From positions 14,882,001 through 14,946,000 of the forward strand of contig NC_058368.1 in the NCBI RefSeq assembly GCF_018350175.1: DNA of 64,000 nt. The letters run 5' to 3'. Positions within the stretch are counted from its first letter, which is position 1. Each line of letters opens with the position of its first letter. Below, piece after piece: positions 51,223 through 63,019 of the stretch. The position numbers were made by a program, and so were the translations under genes. Source of the DNA: Felis catus (Eukaryota). The notes below the pieces were generated by a model. It saw only the letters and a list, made by a program, of their open reading frames with translations, did no database searches and was not told the DNA's origin.

Positions 51223-54200
51223 AAACAGATACTATTTTTAAGGGCCTCTTAAGACCGAGATACCTAACTAAACACTTCACATATGTTGTCTCACTTAGTC
51301 CTACAATAACCTACAATAAATATGAGATACTATTATTTGCCAATACTATAGACGATGAACTTGAGGTTCAGAGAGAGTAACTCATGTGTCTCATGAGGAA
51401 CAACAGTCTCAATTATTGGGAGCCACAAAACAAATGGCTTGAATTTGAGGATCTCTGATAGATAATTAACACAATATGATGAATTTACAGAGTGCTATCA
51501 ACCAAAACCAAGCAAAGAGGTGAATGGTGCTCAGTAAGGGCTTAATTGCATCACCACCTGCCATAACCCCAATCAGCCCTCCAGGCCTGACAGCTAAGGA
51601 CAATGGCTCTGGCTGACTCACACCTGGGTTATAGAAATGGAGCTTGTACTTGTCCTTAGCGCCTATTTTAAAAATTAGGGCCTTGCTACTTCTGACCTCA
51701 AAGACACATCACTGTAGTCCTAATGCAACACGCACCCGTGAAATAGACAGGCACGTGGAACATCACAGACAGACCTGCATCTGAATTACTATGTCTAAAA
51801 TAACTTATAAAGTCATATTCAAAAATCTGTATAAGCCAAGTTAAGAAATTAGTTCTATAAGAACTGCAATATCTGTTGTACATTAATACAGAAAAAGGTT
51901 ACAGTTTCTAGGTTATTTTTTTAATTGGGAAAGCCATTTGATTGTGGTACTAGTACATGCCCTATAATCTACAGCTGTTCCAGCTGGAATATTAGACAAT
52001 GTAGATCATAGCCAATCCGATATCAGCATCATACTACCATGCTGATTTACAAAGATGAACAGTTGGCCTCCTTTGATGATAGCCCAGTGCTAAATTTAAG
52101 AAAGAAGACAATACGGCTAATTTGATATCTTGCAGCAATAGATTCTCCTTTGTTGAATAAGTCATTGACATCAAATGATTGATGAAACAGAGAAGAGAAC
52201 TTAGATGCTCTGAAATACCACACGATGGTCACTTCCCATAAGCACCTATACCTAAGCGTAACTGTCAGGATAAGAAAGGCCAGGAAAATCCATCCGAATC
52301 CTTCAGGCTGAAAATCAAGATGGAGGCCTCACTCGCACAAGTACTAAGATTCCCACCGCCTGTGGGAGCCTTGGCAGCGGCCAAGAATGAAGTCACTCAG
52401 CAGCAGACTCACAGCTCCTTATGCTTTGTGCAGCAAAGGCTGCTCCTTAGCAACCCATGTCGACAATTGGGTTTCCAAGGAAACCAGAAAGCTCAATTTA
52501 TAAAACTATGAAACAAAGCAACTGTAAGGACAATATTAGACACAGAAGGTAACTCTATTCTTATCATTGCTGCTGAATTCCCACCAATGGAATGGCACAA
52601 ATATTTTATTTTTAAATGTTTAAGGGAAAAAGCGTATTTTTCAAGTAAACATCACCCTCATCCAAGGGTGGCAAATACATTTTTAGAATTCAAATGAGGA
52701 ATGCCATAAAAAATTGTGTTTTGAAAAAAACAGATGGTTTTTGAAGGTAAAGACTATTTTTAGAATCATCTGCAAAATATAAATTCTTTCCAGATCACAA
52801 GCAGAATGCTATAGCCTTCATTCCTGTATAAAACAAGTAGATATATATTGCCAGGTTTGTTTCCATTAGTTCTTGTACTCTATTACTATGGTCTTCTGCA
52901 TAACACATTCTTCTCATGTAGGGAGTGATATATGGGAGCACACAATGAGGGGAAATAGGAGTGAGGATGAAACCAATAAACATAGCTATTATTTATAAGC
53001 TGCATCTGACTATTCTGGCAAATCAACTGTATGTCACATGCCACCAACTGCCTTATAACTTAGAGCTCCCAAACAATTTTATAAACACAAATGAACGACC
53101 CATTTCTATGAAAAATTTCTCTCTCTATTGTCTGCCTCATAAGATAGAGCAGCATTTCTTTATTGCAGGGCTTTGGGTTATTTAACATAAGAGCCTCCAA
53201 TCCTCATCCATAAAATGTGGATGAGATTAATAAGAATTAAATGAGATTGTATGAATAATAGCCAAAGCTCAACATAGGTGCTTAATAAATGCTAGTGCTG
53301 TCTTACCGACCCCCTTTTAATATATCTTGTATTTCTTGCCCCATCACACTTTATTAATCCATAAGACTACTTTCTTTTTCTTGAGTAAATAGAAATTGTT
53401 GCATAGACAAACCAAATGTTTAACAGAGAAAAAAATTGTGTTTTGAAACGTATGCAAAGAAACGCTGACTGAGGTAGGGTTACCAATTAGTAATGTAAAA
53501 GATGTCAGATTTCTGTTGTCTCTTTGGAATAGGTAGAGCTTACACGAGCATTTATGGGCACATTCACAGCTGTCACATACCTGTCATTTTCAAATATCAT
53601 CTTTACTTCCCTAGTCTTCCTTATTGAAGAGAACCAGTGCCTGGAAACTGCAGATGGCTCAATTCTTAAAAACAATCTGAGAATTAATGCAAGTAGTCAT
53701 TAGCTGAATTCCTGAAAAGCTCTGATTGCGCTGGAGTTCTCCTTCCATCTCTGCTATTGTGTGTCATTCTGATTATATAGTCCTGAGAATTCTCCCCACC
53801 CCCCCCCCCCACATATTTTAACAGAAGAAGAACTTTTCAAACCTGGCTCTCCCCAGAAGAATATAAGATCTCAAGTCTTGTACCAGTATTGAAATTACAT
53901 CAATTCAAAGAATGAATGGCATAGTGCCATTCCAGATGTAAGGGAAGGTGAAAGACTTACTGTAAGAATAGTATATGTTTAAATTTAGAATGGACTTAGA
54001 GGTGTCTAGTATGCTTCTCTGCCCCAGTGGGGAGATCCCCTTGTTCCAGTCCTGCTGACTATTATTCTGTTTCCCCAGTTCCTGCAGGTGCACATTCCTA
54101 ACAATGGGAAATTCCTGATTCCAACAGCAGCTCTAATGGTTAGAAGTTCAGATGGCACCTGCCACCCTACACTTCACCTGGGTAACATCTACCATTAGTC

Positions 54201-54583
54201 CTGGCTCCGCTCTTTGAAGCAACATGCTCTAACTTGTCTACATCTTGTACACCATGCTCTCTCAGATGTCTGAAGATGGTCATCCTGCTAAGAAAGAACG
54301 GCTCAACACCTAGATTATAGTTCCGTCTTTCATTTCTCCCTAAGAAATTTTAAACAAATCATTTAACCCTCCTAGTCTTATCTTTCTTGCCTATAAAACA
54401 GATAGAATAATCCTCCGATTGAGGGTTGCAGAGAAGGGGGAAAGAGAAAGAGAGGAGATAGAGGAAAAGTAGGCAGAGGAGTAGAGAAAGTGGCACCACT
54501 TACTGAACACTTACTGGGACTTCTCCAACCAGCCAGTGAGGTGCTCACTGTGTCCTGTCCCATTTTACAAATGGATACAACAA

Positions 54584-54807
54584 GGGGCACCTGGGTGGCT
54601 CAGTCAATTAAGCATCCCACTTTGGCTCGGGTCATGATCTCGGGTTCATGAGTTCAAGCTCTGCGTCGGGCTCTGTGCTGACAGCTCAGAGCCTGGAGCC
54701 TGCTTTGGACTCTATGTCTCTCCCTCTCTTTCTGTCCCTCCCCCACTCATCCTGTTTCTGTCTCTCTCTCTCTTTCAAAAATAAGTAAACATTAAAAAAA
54801 TTAAAAA
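54584..54807 (+). mobile_element. SINEC inserted in an antisense MIR
   Basis: TSD ACAAATGGATACA at 54567-54579 and 54808-54820; flanks read CCCATTTTACA..|..CTTGCCTAGGGTCACAC. Confidence 0.94.
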
Positions 54808-55210
54808 ACAAATGGATACATCTAGGCTTGCCTAGGGTCACACTGCTATTAGCTCTTAACCACTATGCTTTATGTCCTTTCTGTATCTCATGTTCTTCCT
54901 CAAATTGTAACATATTGAGTACACACAATTATTTTCCAGACCAAACAATCCCAGTTCACCGACTATATAACTATGATTCAAGAATTTTCAGCAATCTACT
55001 TGCACCCCCTCTGGATGCACACTGGCTTGCCAACGTACCCCCAGAAATGGATCACTGAGACATCTCTATAACTGTTTACTATGAGGGTATTAAGTACCAA
55101 CCACTTTGCCAGTGCTGGAGAAAGCAGAGATGAATAGACAGTCCTTGTCCTCAAACATCTAAAAATCTATTAGTGCAGAAGACATGTAAATAGGAAGAAA
55201 TAACACTTTA

Positions 55211-55424
55211 GGGGCACCTGGGTGGTTCAGTCAGTTAAGCGTCTGACTTCAGCTCAGGTCATGATCTTGCGGTTTGTGAGTTCAAGCCCCGCATCGGGCT
55301 CTGTGCTGACAGCTCAGAGACTGGAGCCTGCTTTGGATTCTGTGTCTCGCTCTCTCTCTGCCCCTCCCCTGCTCACGCTCTGTCTCTCTCTGTCTCAAAA
55401 ATAAAATAAAAAATGTTTTAAAAA
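55211..55424 (+). mobile_element. SINEC
   Basis: 19-bp TSD AGGAAGAAATAA(C/T)ACTTTA. Confidence 0.96.
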
Positions 55425-55843
55425 AGGAAGAAATAATACTTTAAAAAGTGCTACATGAAAGTCATGAGGAAGGTGTAATGGAAGAAAGTGGAAGGGGCTC
55501 CAGCCAGATGTAGTCAGCACTGTAAACACAGACTCATCACTTGGAACAATGCAATGAGACAGCCAACCCCCTAGAGCCACAAGTTTTGCCGCATGTGTCC
55601 CCCTGGGTTTGCCTTAGCAAGTCAATTATACATGGTTGGCCCATTCTGGTTAACAAAATCCATGTCATTTCCCCATAAATTAATGTCAAGCTATTGCCCT
55701 AACCAATACTTATATAACTGATACTGGGGACATAAATATAGAGCTTGCAATATCACAAACAATAATATGATTTTGCGTGACCCGTCATTTCGTGTGTCAT
55801 AATCATCCGATCCTCTCACTAACCCATACGTCAGTAACATAAC

Positions 55844-56195
55844 TACTATGGGCTGAATGTTTGTGCTTCCCCCAAACCCGTATGTTGAAGCCCTAATTCC
55901 CAATGTGGTGGCATTTGGAAGTGGAGCCTTTGGGAGACAATTAGGTTTAGAGGAGATCACGAGGGTAGAGCCCCCATGACATTATAGGAAGAAAAGGAGA
56001 CCCAGGAGCTTCCTCTCTGTCATACAGTGAGAAGGTGGACACCTACAAGACAAGAAGGGCTTTCACCAGACACAGAATCTGCTGGCTCCTTGGTCTTAGA
56101 CTTTCCAGTCTCTAGAACTGGGAGAAATAAATGTTTGTTCTTTAAGCCACCTAGTCGATGGTATTTTGTTATAATTGTCCCAACTGACCAAGACA
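55844..56195 (+). mobile_element. MaLR solo LTR (MLT1A-like)
   Basis: CTATGGGCTGAATGTTTGTG..ATGTTGAAGCCCTAATTCCCAATGTG start, AGAAATAAATGTTTGTTCTTTAAGCCACC..AAGACA end; 5-bp TSD ATAAC/ATAAG. Confidence 0.9.
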
Positions 56196-56723
56196 ATAAG
56201 CCTACCAATTATGTTTTCTTTAGGACAGAGACCAAAGTGTGTTAAAAAGCATCTGAACAATGCTCACAGGACGGAGGCTTGCTGTATGCAGCTGAAACCC
56301 CTCCAACGATGTATTTGTACTAGTTGGTATGGGTTCCTCAGTTGGGCAGGTCCTCCCACCAGTCTCTCATCTCAGCCATGTGAAAACCATGACATTTTTT
56401 CAAATTATTACTAAAAGTGATCCACAAGCTGAATCTACTGACATTTTTTTCAGGGTGTTTGAAGAGATGAGCTATCTGCAAATGAAGCATTTGAGACTGG
56501 AGTAAGTGGATGGTAAGACACTGCAAACTGCAAGCAAGTGCTGACAGAAATACAAAGTCAGGTCAGTTTTTGGTAGAGTTCCCAAATGGCGTTATTTTGT
56601 GTAGACCTAAAATATTCTGATATCAAACATTAATAAGGTTGCTAATTTATGCAGACAAAAAATCAGGCTTGAATTTTGTGACTCTGCCTTTTTACTAGGT
56701 CTTCAAGAATGCATCCCTCTATA

Positions 56724-57458
56724 GAAGCACAAATCAAAAGCTCACTGAGATACCACCTCACACCAGTCAGAGTGGCTAAAACGAACAAGTCAGGAGACTA
56801 TAGATGCTGGTAAGGATGTGGAGAAACGGGAAAAATGGGAATCCTCTCGCACTCTTGGTAGGAATGAAAACTCGTGCAGCCGCTCTGGAAAACAGTGTGG
56901 AGGTTCCTCAAAAACTTAAAAATAGATCTACCCTATGACCCAGCAATAGCACTGCTAGGAATTTACCCAAGGGATACAGAAGGGCTGATGCACAGGGGCA
57001 CTTGTACCCCAATGTTTATAGCAGCACTTTCAACAATAGCCAAATTATGGAAAGACCCTGACAAATGGATAAAGAAGATGTGGTTTATATATACAATGGA
57101 ATACTACTTGGCAGTGAGAAAGAATGAAATCCTGCCATTTGCAGCAATGTGGATGGAACTGGAGTGTGTGATGCTAAGTGAAATAAGTCATTCAGAGAAA
57201 GACAGATACCATATGTTTTCACTCATATGTGGATCTTGAGAAACTTAACAGAAGACCATGGGGGAAGGGACGGGGAAAAAATTACAAACAGAGAGGGAGG
57301 GAAGCAAACCATAAGAGACTCTTAAATACAGAGAACAAACTGGGGGTGGATGGGGGTGGGGGAAGGGGAAAGTGGGTGATGGGCATTGAGGAGGGCACCT
57401 GTTGGGAGGAGCACTGGGTGTTGTATGGAAACCAATTTGACAATAAATTATATTTAAA
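56724..57458 (+). mobile_element. 5'-truncated felid/carnivore LINE-1 (ORF2 C-terminus and 3' UTR)
   Basis: ORF 56874-57239 [25 protein letters not shown]; perfect 19-bp TSD AAGAATGCATCCCTCTATA at 56705-56723 and 57459-57477. Confidence 0.97.
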
Positions 57459-57911
57459 AAGAATGCATCCCTCTATAAATTGTGACTCATCATATTTAGG
57501 GAAGGCTGTGTGGAGAAGATGAAACTGCACGGCATGATGGACACTGACTCTGAGAAAAAGGGCACTTCGTCAGTGGGAGAAGATAAACACACACAAATAT
57601 AGGACACATCATCCAAACACGTGTGTGTCTCGCTGGAGCAGAGGAGCCCAGGTGTCCCATGGCTGGCGCTGAGGCCACAATAGGGCAGTTGTGGAAATAT
57701 CTCCACTATTACTCTGCAGGCTTCCAACAGGTCCCTGATGTAGAAAAGGACTATGTGCAAAATAGAGGCTGATGTGGCAGCTCAAGACTAACATCACTGG
57801 TCGTGATAATGGAAATGAAAAGAAACTTGTGCATGAGGACCTAGAAAGGCTTAGGAATTGAACAGACAGGATGAGTAGAGAAATGGAGACATTAGGACAA
57901 TCCCAAGTTTT

Positions 57912-58124
57912 GGGACGACTGGGTGGCTCAGTCAGTTGAGCGTTGGACTTCGGCTCAGGTCATGATCTCACAGTTCGTGAGTTCAAGCCCCGCGTGGGGC
58001 TCTGTGCTGACAGCTCAAAGCCTGGAGCCTGCTTCGGATTCTGTGTCTCCCTCTCTCTCTGCCCCTCCCCTGTTTATGTTCTGTCTTTCTCTCTCTCAAA
58101 AATAAATAAACATTAAAAAAAAAA
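57912..58124 (+). mobile_element. SINEC
   Basis: TSD GACAATCCCAA(G/A)TTTT. Confidence 0.95.
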
Positions 58125-58329
58125 GACAATCCCAAATTTTGAGAACTGGAGAAGTACTCAAGAACTGGAGAAGAACTGCTCAGTACTAACAAGAGTAATA
58201 GGAATATTCTACTTCCTAAAGCAGAGGAAAGGAACTGCCATGATTTTAAACACATTATTCCAAGCATTGAAAAAAGGCTCCATCAATAGCTGGAGATACA
58301 CAAAAGGAAAGGAAGAATCATTAATGAGG

Positions 58330-58698
58330 AATGGGGGTGGGTTATAAAATATATATAAAATTATAAATTATAAAATACATAAATTAAATATATATATATA
58401 TATATATATAAATTATAAAATAAGTGAGTCCTAAGGATGTAATATTCAGTATGGTGAACATACTGTCTACAATATACAATACTGTACTATATATTTGAAC
58501 GGTGCTAAGGGAGTAAATCTTAAAAGTTCTCATCACAAGAAAAATAATTGTAACTAATGTAGTGATGAGTGTTAACTAGACTTACTGTGGTGATCATTTC
58601 ACAATATATGCATTTATCAAATTATTATCCTGCATATTATCCAAATTATTACACTGAAAACTAATACAATGCTACATCAATTATATCTTAATCAAAAA
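58330..58698 (+). mobile_element. L1MA-type 3' terminal fragment with internal AT-rich expansion
   Basis: GCTAAGGGAGTAAATCTTAAAAGTTCTCATCACAAG, GTTAACTAGACTTACTGTGGTGATCATTTCACAATATAT. Confidence 0.85.
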
Positions 58699-59209
58699 AT
58701 ACTCTAGAGAAGCTTACTATTTACAGGGAGGTTAGTATGAGTGCTTTCGTAAAATAAATAATCACTAATTTTCCTTATGACCATATCTAGATTTTCAGAT
58801 ACTGAATTTATATAAAATAGGGCACAAGTTTAAGTAGCTTTGGAGAAAGGAGTCCGTTAAAGCAGAACTTCTTGTTGGGTTCTAGATAAGCCTATATTTA
58901 TCATGGGAAAGAATGACTGTCCAAGCTTTTTTAGGTGTAAGATGTACTTGGCAAGCTCTGACTTGCAATCTTACTCCGTGGTGAATAAAATCTCTTTCTT
59001 CGTTTTGTGAATATCAATTCTTAGTCATTTAAATGAGTCATACATCTCTAGTCAGTTGCTTATCTGGTACTATTCCATGTCATCTGGTGCACATTTGTTA
59101 ATGGACTTATCAACCAAAATTTCCCTTTTACTCATTCAAAGAACATAGTCCAAGATTAGTTTAGTGAGAGCTGGTATAAAATAAAGGCGGGGGGGGGGTG
59201 GGGGGGGGT

Positions 59210-59352
59210 GGGGCACCTGGGTGGCTCAGTCCCTTAAGTGTCCAACTTCAGTTCAGGTCACAATCTCACAATTTGTGAGTTCGAGCCCCACACTGTCAGT
59301 GCAGAGCCTGCTTGGGATTGTCTCCCTCTCTCTCTGCCCCTCCCTGACTTGT

Positions 59353-59406
<54 letters not shown>

Positions 59407-59440
59407 AGTAAAAAGAGAGAGAGAGAGAGAGCACATTAAA
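59210..59440 (+). mobile_element. SINEC preceded by a poly-G tract
   Basis: GGGGCACCTGGGTGGCTCAG head, long (CT)n. Confidence 0.92.
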
Positions 59441-59476
59441 AGTTACTGATTTGTGATACTCCACATGGAAACAATA

Positions 59477-59800
59477 CAGTCATACCTTATCCAATGCTTG
59501 GGGAGCCAGCAGTGTTTGGGAATTCTGAATTTTTCAGATTTTAGAAAAATAGGACAGTACACATATCACACAATACTTGTCCCTGACAGTGGCATCTGAG
59601 GAAGTTTCCCACGATCCGCGATCATATTAATTAAGTCTTCAGTGACATGTATACACATTTACATTAGATGGGAGAAACAGGACTATAATATAGCCTCACC
59701 TCAACTGGGGTCAGGTTTTGTCAACAAATGAATAATGACAAAATTCCTGTTTCCATAGATGTCGGGGTTTGGGAATAGCAGAAAAGGGATCGTGGGCCTA
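59477..59800. mobile_element. MER46C-like TcMar-Tigger MITE
   Basis: CCTTATCC...GAATTCTGAATTTTTCAGATTTTAGAAA and TAGCCTCAC..GGTCAGGTTTTG..AAGGGATCGTGGGCCT match the recalled MER46C consensus. Confidence 0.7.
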
Positions 59801-60565
59801 CACTTAAGGTGAGTGAGAGCTCACAAAGAAGGAAGAAAGAAAAGGAAAATCAGAACTAACTAGCTTGTGGGGGATAACCAGCAGTAGATGGGGAAGCAGA
59901 AAGGAAAGCCAACAGATCAAAGGAAAAGCATAAAAAACAAGACAATATGGCATCAATGAAGATCAAAGTAGGAAGATCGAGATGGAACTATCTGTTAATG
60001 TCAAAAATCAAACCATGGAATTTAGATAGAAACTAAACAAGAAGCTTCTAGTCCATCTTGGGTTCTCCCACCTAGGTCTAGGATATTATAAGGAAATAGT
60101 CAATAGCATTTTTAATCTGATGTATCAGTTTCCTTTAGTAGTCTAAAATTCAACTACAGTTGGCCCTTGAACAATGTGCGGGTTAGGGTTTCTGATCCTT
60201 GCACAGTCAAAATTTTTTCACATAACTTTTGACTCCCCCCAGACTTGCTACAAAGTCTCCACCCTACAATGGAGCAGAAGCCTTACTGATAACATAAACC
60301 ATCAATTAGTACATAGTTTGTATGTTATATGTACTGTGTATTGCATTCTTATACTAAAGTAAGCTAGAGAAAATAAAATGTTATTAAGGAAATCATAAGG
60401 AAGAGAAAATACACTTACAGTGCTCTACTGTATCATTACCTTATGTCACCTGTTTATAAGATAAATCACCTGTTAGTACCTACATCAATACTGTCTTATG
60501 TGATACAAAATGTTATAGATGTTATACATATTACTAACATTAGTCATCCAAAATGAAAAGATAAT

Positions 60566-60732
60566 GGGGCACTTGGGTGGCTCAATCGGTTAAGCATCCG
60601 ACTTTGGCTCAGTTCATGACCTCACGGTTCGTGAGTTTGAGCCCCATGTCGGGCTCTGGGCTGACAGCTAGGAGCCTGAAGCCTGCCTTGGATTCTGTGT
60701 CTCTCCCCGGCCCCCCGCCCCTCCCCCCCCCC

Positions 60733-60773
<41 letters not shown>

Positions 60774-60859
60774 TCTCTGCCCCTTGTCTGCTCGCTCTGA
60801 ATCTCTCTCTCAAAAATAAATAAACATTTAAAAAAGACCACCATCAAAGATTTTTTTTA
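60566..60859 (+). mobile_element. SINEC nested in Tigger2
   Basis: TSD AAAATGAAAAGA(T/C)AAT at 60550-60565 and 60860-60875; internal (TCTG)n(TCTA)n. Confidence 0.95.
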
Positions 60860-61439
60860 AAAATGAAAAGACAATATGAAAAAGAAATTCACATTTATTT
60901 ACAGGTATAACAATTTGTGCATTGATAGTGAAAAAGCAAGGATATATTTGCTTTATGATAGTCTAGTGTAATCAACACGATTGCCTCCAGTAGCCTAGCC
61001 TATCCTATACAGTGATGAATTAATTGCTAAACAATTTTTATGGCATACACTATTGCAGTCAAATGCATAATTCAGTTTTGGAAACACTTTTACTTTTTTT
61101 TTTTAAAAACCACTTACCTGTGAAGATAGGCCTACACCCAGTTTCTCCAGTTAGGAGAGAAGCATACTGTATGGTCATGTAGCAAAACTTTGAAACAGTA
61201 AGAAAACTAACACATATTAACTTTATATTAAATAGCACTCACTTTATACCTATGTCATGATAGGCTGTCCCATCCCCATCATACAAATCTTGCACACGAT
61301 GTTCTACAAGATGAATACTTAGCGATGAGGAAGATGATGCAAAAATGTCTCATTCGGTTTTTGCCTGATAGGAGGTGGAAGGGGAGGCAGGAGACACAGG
61401 CATACTTAATGTAACTTTTTGGAAATACGCTTTAACTTC

Positions 61440-62914
61440 TGACTTTTTCACTTTCGCATTTCTCTGAGAATGTTTCTATTTCATACCAATCCTTCTTCCC
61501 TGTTTGCCCATATCATGGAAGGGTCCACATCATATCATGGAAGTGCCCATATCATGGAAGGGTCCACATCATAACAGAAGTCAAAAGCGGTCTTGAGTAA
61601 TTGAACCCTTCTGCCAGATTGTCTAATGTCAACTTATTTTCTGGCCCTGCTTCTTCTATGTCCTCTTCCTCATCGTCTGGTACTGGTTCCAAACCACTCA
61701 TCTCCATCGGGTGGCCTTCTGTTCATTCCTCTGGTGTGATGTCTATTAGCATCTGAATTTCTTCAAGATCCATATCTTGAAACCCTTCACCCCCTCCCCT
61801 AGCCTTTTCTGCTACATCCACAATCTCTTTCATAAATTCGTTGATAGGCTCTGCCATAAATCCTGCAGCGTCATGCACAACATCTGGACACAGTTTTCTC
61901 CAACAGGAATTTATTGCTTTAGGCTTGATAGCTTTCACAGCTTTTGCTGGAACAATAATGGCATCCTCGATGGTGTAATCCTTCCAGACCTTCATGATGT
62001 TCTCTCTCTCGGGGTTCCGTTCCATAGCGTTGACAATCTTTTCCATAGAGCACAGTGTGTAATGAGCCTTTAAGGTCCTTATGACCCTCTGACCTACAGG
62101 ATGAATTAAAGACACTGCATTTGGGGGCAAAGAGACCACTCTGACAACACCTTTAATGTTGAACTCATGGCATTCTGGATGGCTTGGGGCACTGTCCACT
62201 AGGAAAAGAACTACAAAAGGTGTCCCATACTGTCCTGACTTCAGTGACAAAGCATCGATGGAACCAATCCAGAAAAAAAATAGTTCCTGTTGTCCAGGCC
62301 CTCTTGTTGGACAACCAACTGGCAGCTGGTATTTATCTTTTTCCTTCAGGGCTCAGGTGTTAGCAGCTTTATAGATAAGGGCAGTGCTGATCATAAACCT
62401 GACTGCATTTGCACAAAACAGTAGAGCTAGCTTATCTCTTCCTGCCTTAAATCCTGGTGATCCTTTCTCTTCCTTACTAAGACATATCATTTGTGGCATT
62501 TTTTTCCAGAATAGGGCCCTTTCATTTGCATTAAAAACTTGTTCAGGCAGATATCCTTCCTCCTCAATGATTTTCTCACTGGCGTCTGAGAACTCTTCGG
62601 CTGCCTTTTGGCCTGCACAAGTCGCTTTGCCCGCCATCGTGACATTTTTCAAGCCAACCTTCGTTCTAAAATTACCCAACCGTCCTTTGATGGCATTACA
62701 TTCTTCAGCTTTAGACCTTCACCTTCCTTTTGCTTTTTTCAAATCGTTTTAGACTTTTTAAGTCTGCCTTTCATATAGTAATCCTGCACCCACATAAAAG
62801 CTGCATTTTCAGCACAACGTAAGAAGGTATTTCACAAAAAGTACAAGGTTTTAGCACCAGCTGGCATAGCCACAGTAAGGACTTCACAAATTTCCTTTTC
62901 TTTTCTTACAATGG
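61440..62914 (-). pseudogene. Decayed Tigger2 pogo-family DDD transposase
   Basis: ORF 62353-62679 GYLPEQVFNANERALFWKKMP..GFKAGRDKLALLFCANA; ORF 61723-62250 VVLFLVDSAPSH..SLPPNAVSLIHPVGQRVIRTLKAHY; two of three catalytic Asp positions are altered (NANE, HPVGQ); stops and frameshifts. Confidence 0.92.
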
Positions 62915-63019
62915 GTAGAGATTGTGAATACTGGCAAACATCCTATAATGCAAAGGGCAGCCCCTACAGCACAGACTTACTGGGCCCAAAATGTCAATCG
63001 TGCAGGGTTAAGAAACCCC
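62912..63019 (+). mobile_element. MER20 (hAT-Charlie) 3' half
   Basis: TGGGTAGAG..AAACATCCTATAATGCA..CAGCCCC..GGCCCAAAATGTCAAT.GTGC..GGTTAAGAAACCC. Confidence 0.88.

Larger units (their letters stand above)
60157..62914 (-). mobile_element. Tigger2 (TcMar/pogo) DNA transposon, 5' end deleted, SINE inserted
   Basis: TA followed by terminal repeat CAGTTGGCCCTTGAACAA at 60157; transposase remnants on the minus strand; sequence stops within the N-terminal DNA-binding region near 62914. Confidence 0.93.

Noticed and set aside
1038..60819. Many 60-110 aa ORFs resembling MAQSVK..AQVMIS..SSPASGSVLTAQSLEPASDSVSPSLSAPP or ERERER/LSLSLS
   Set aside because: They are translations of SINEC bodies and (CT)n/(GA)n tracts, not a gene family.
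61090..61100. Strong minus-strand donor CAG|GTAAGT
   Set aside because: It lies within Tigger2 sequence, with no evidence of use.
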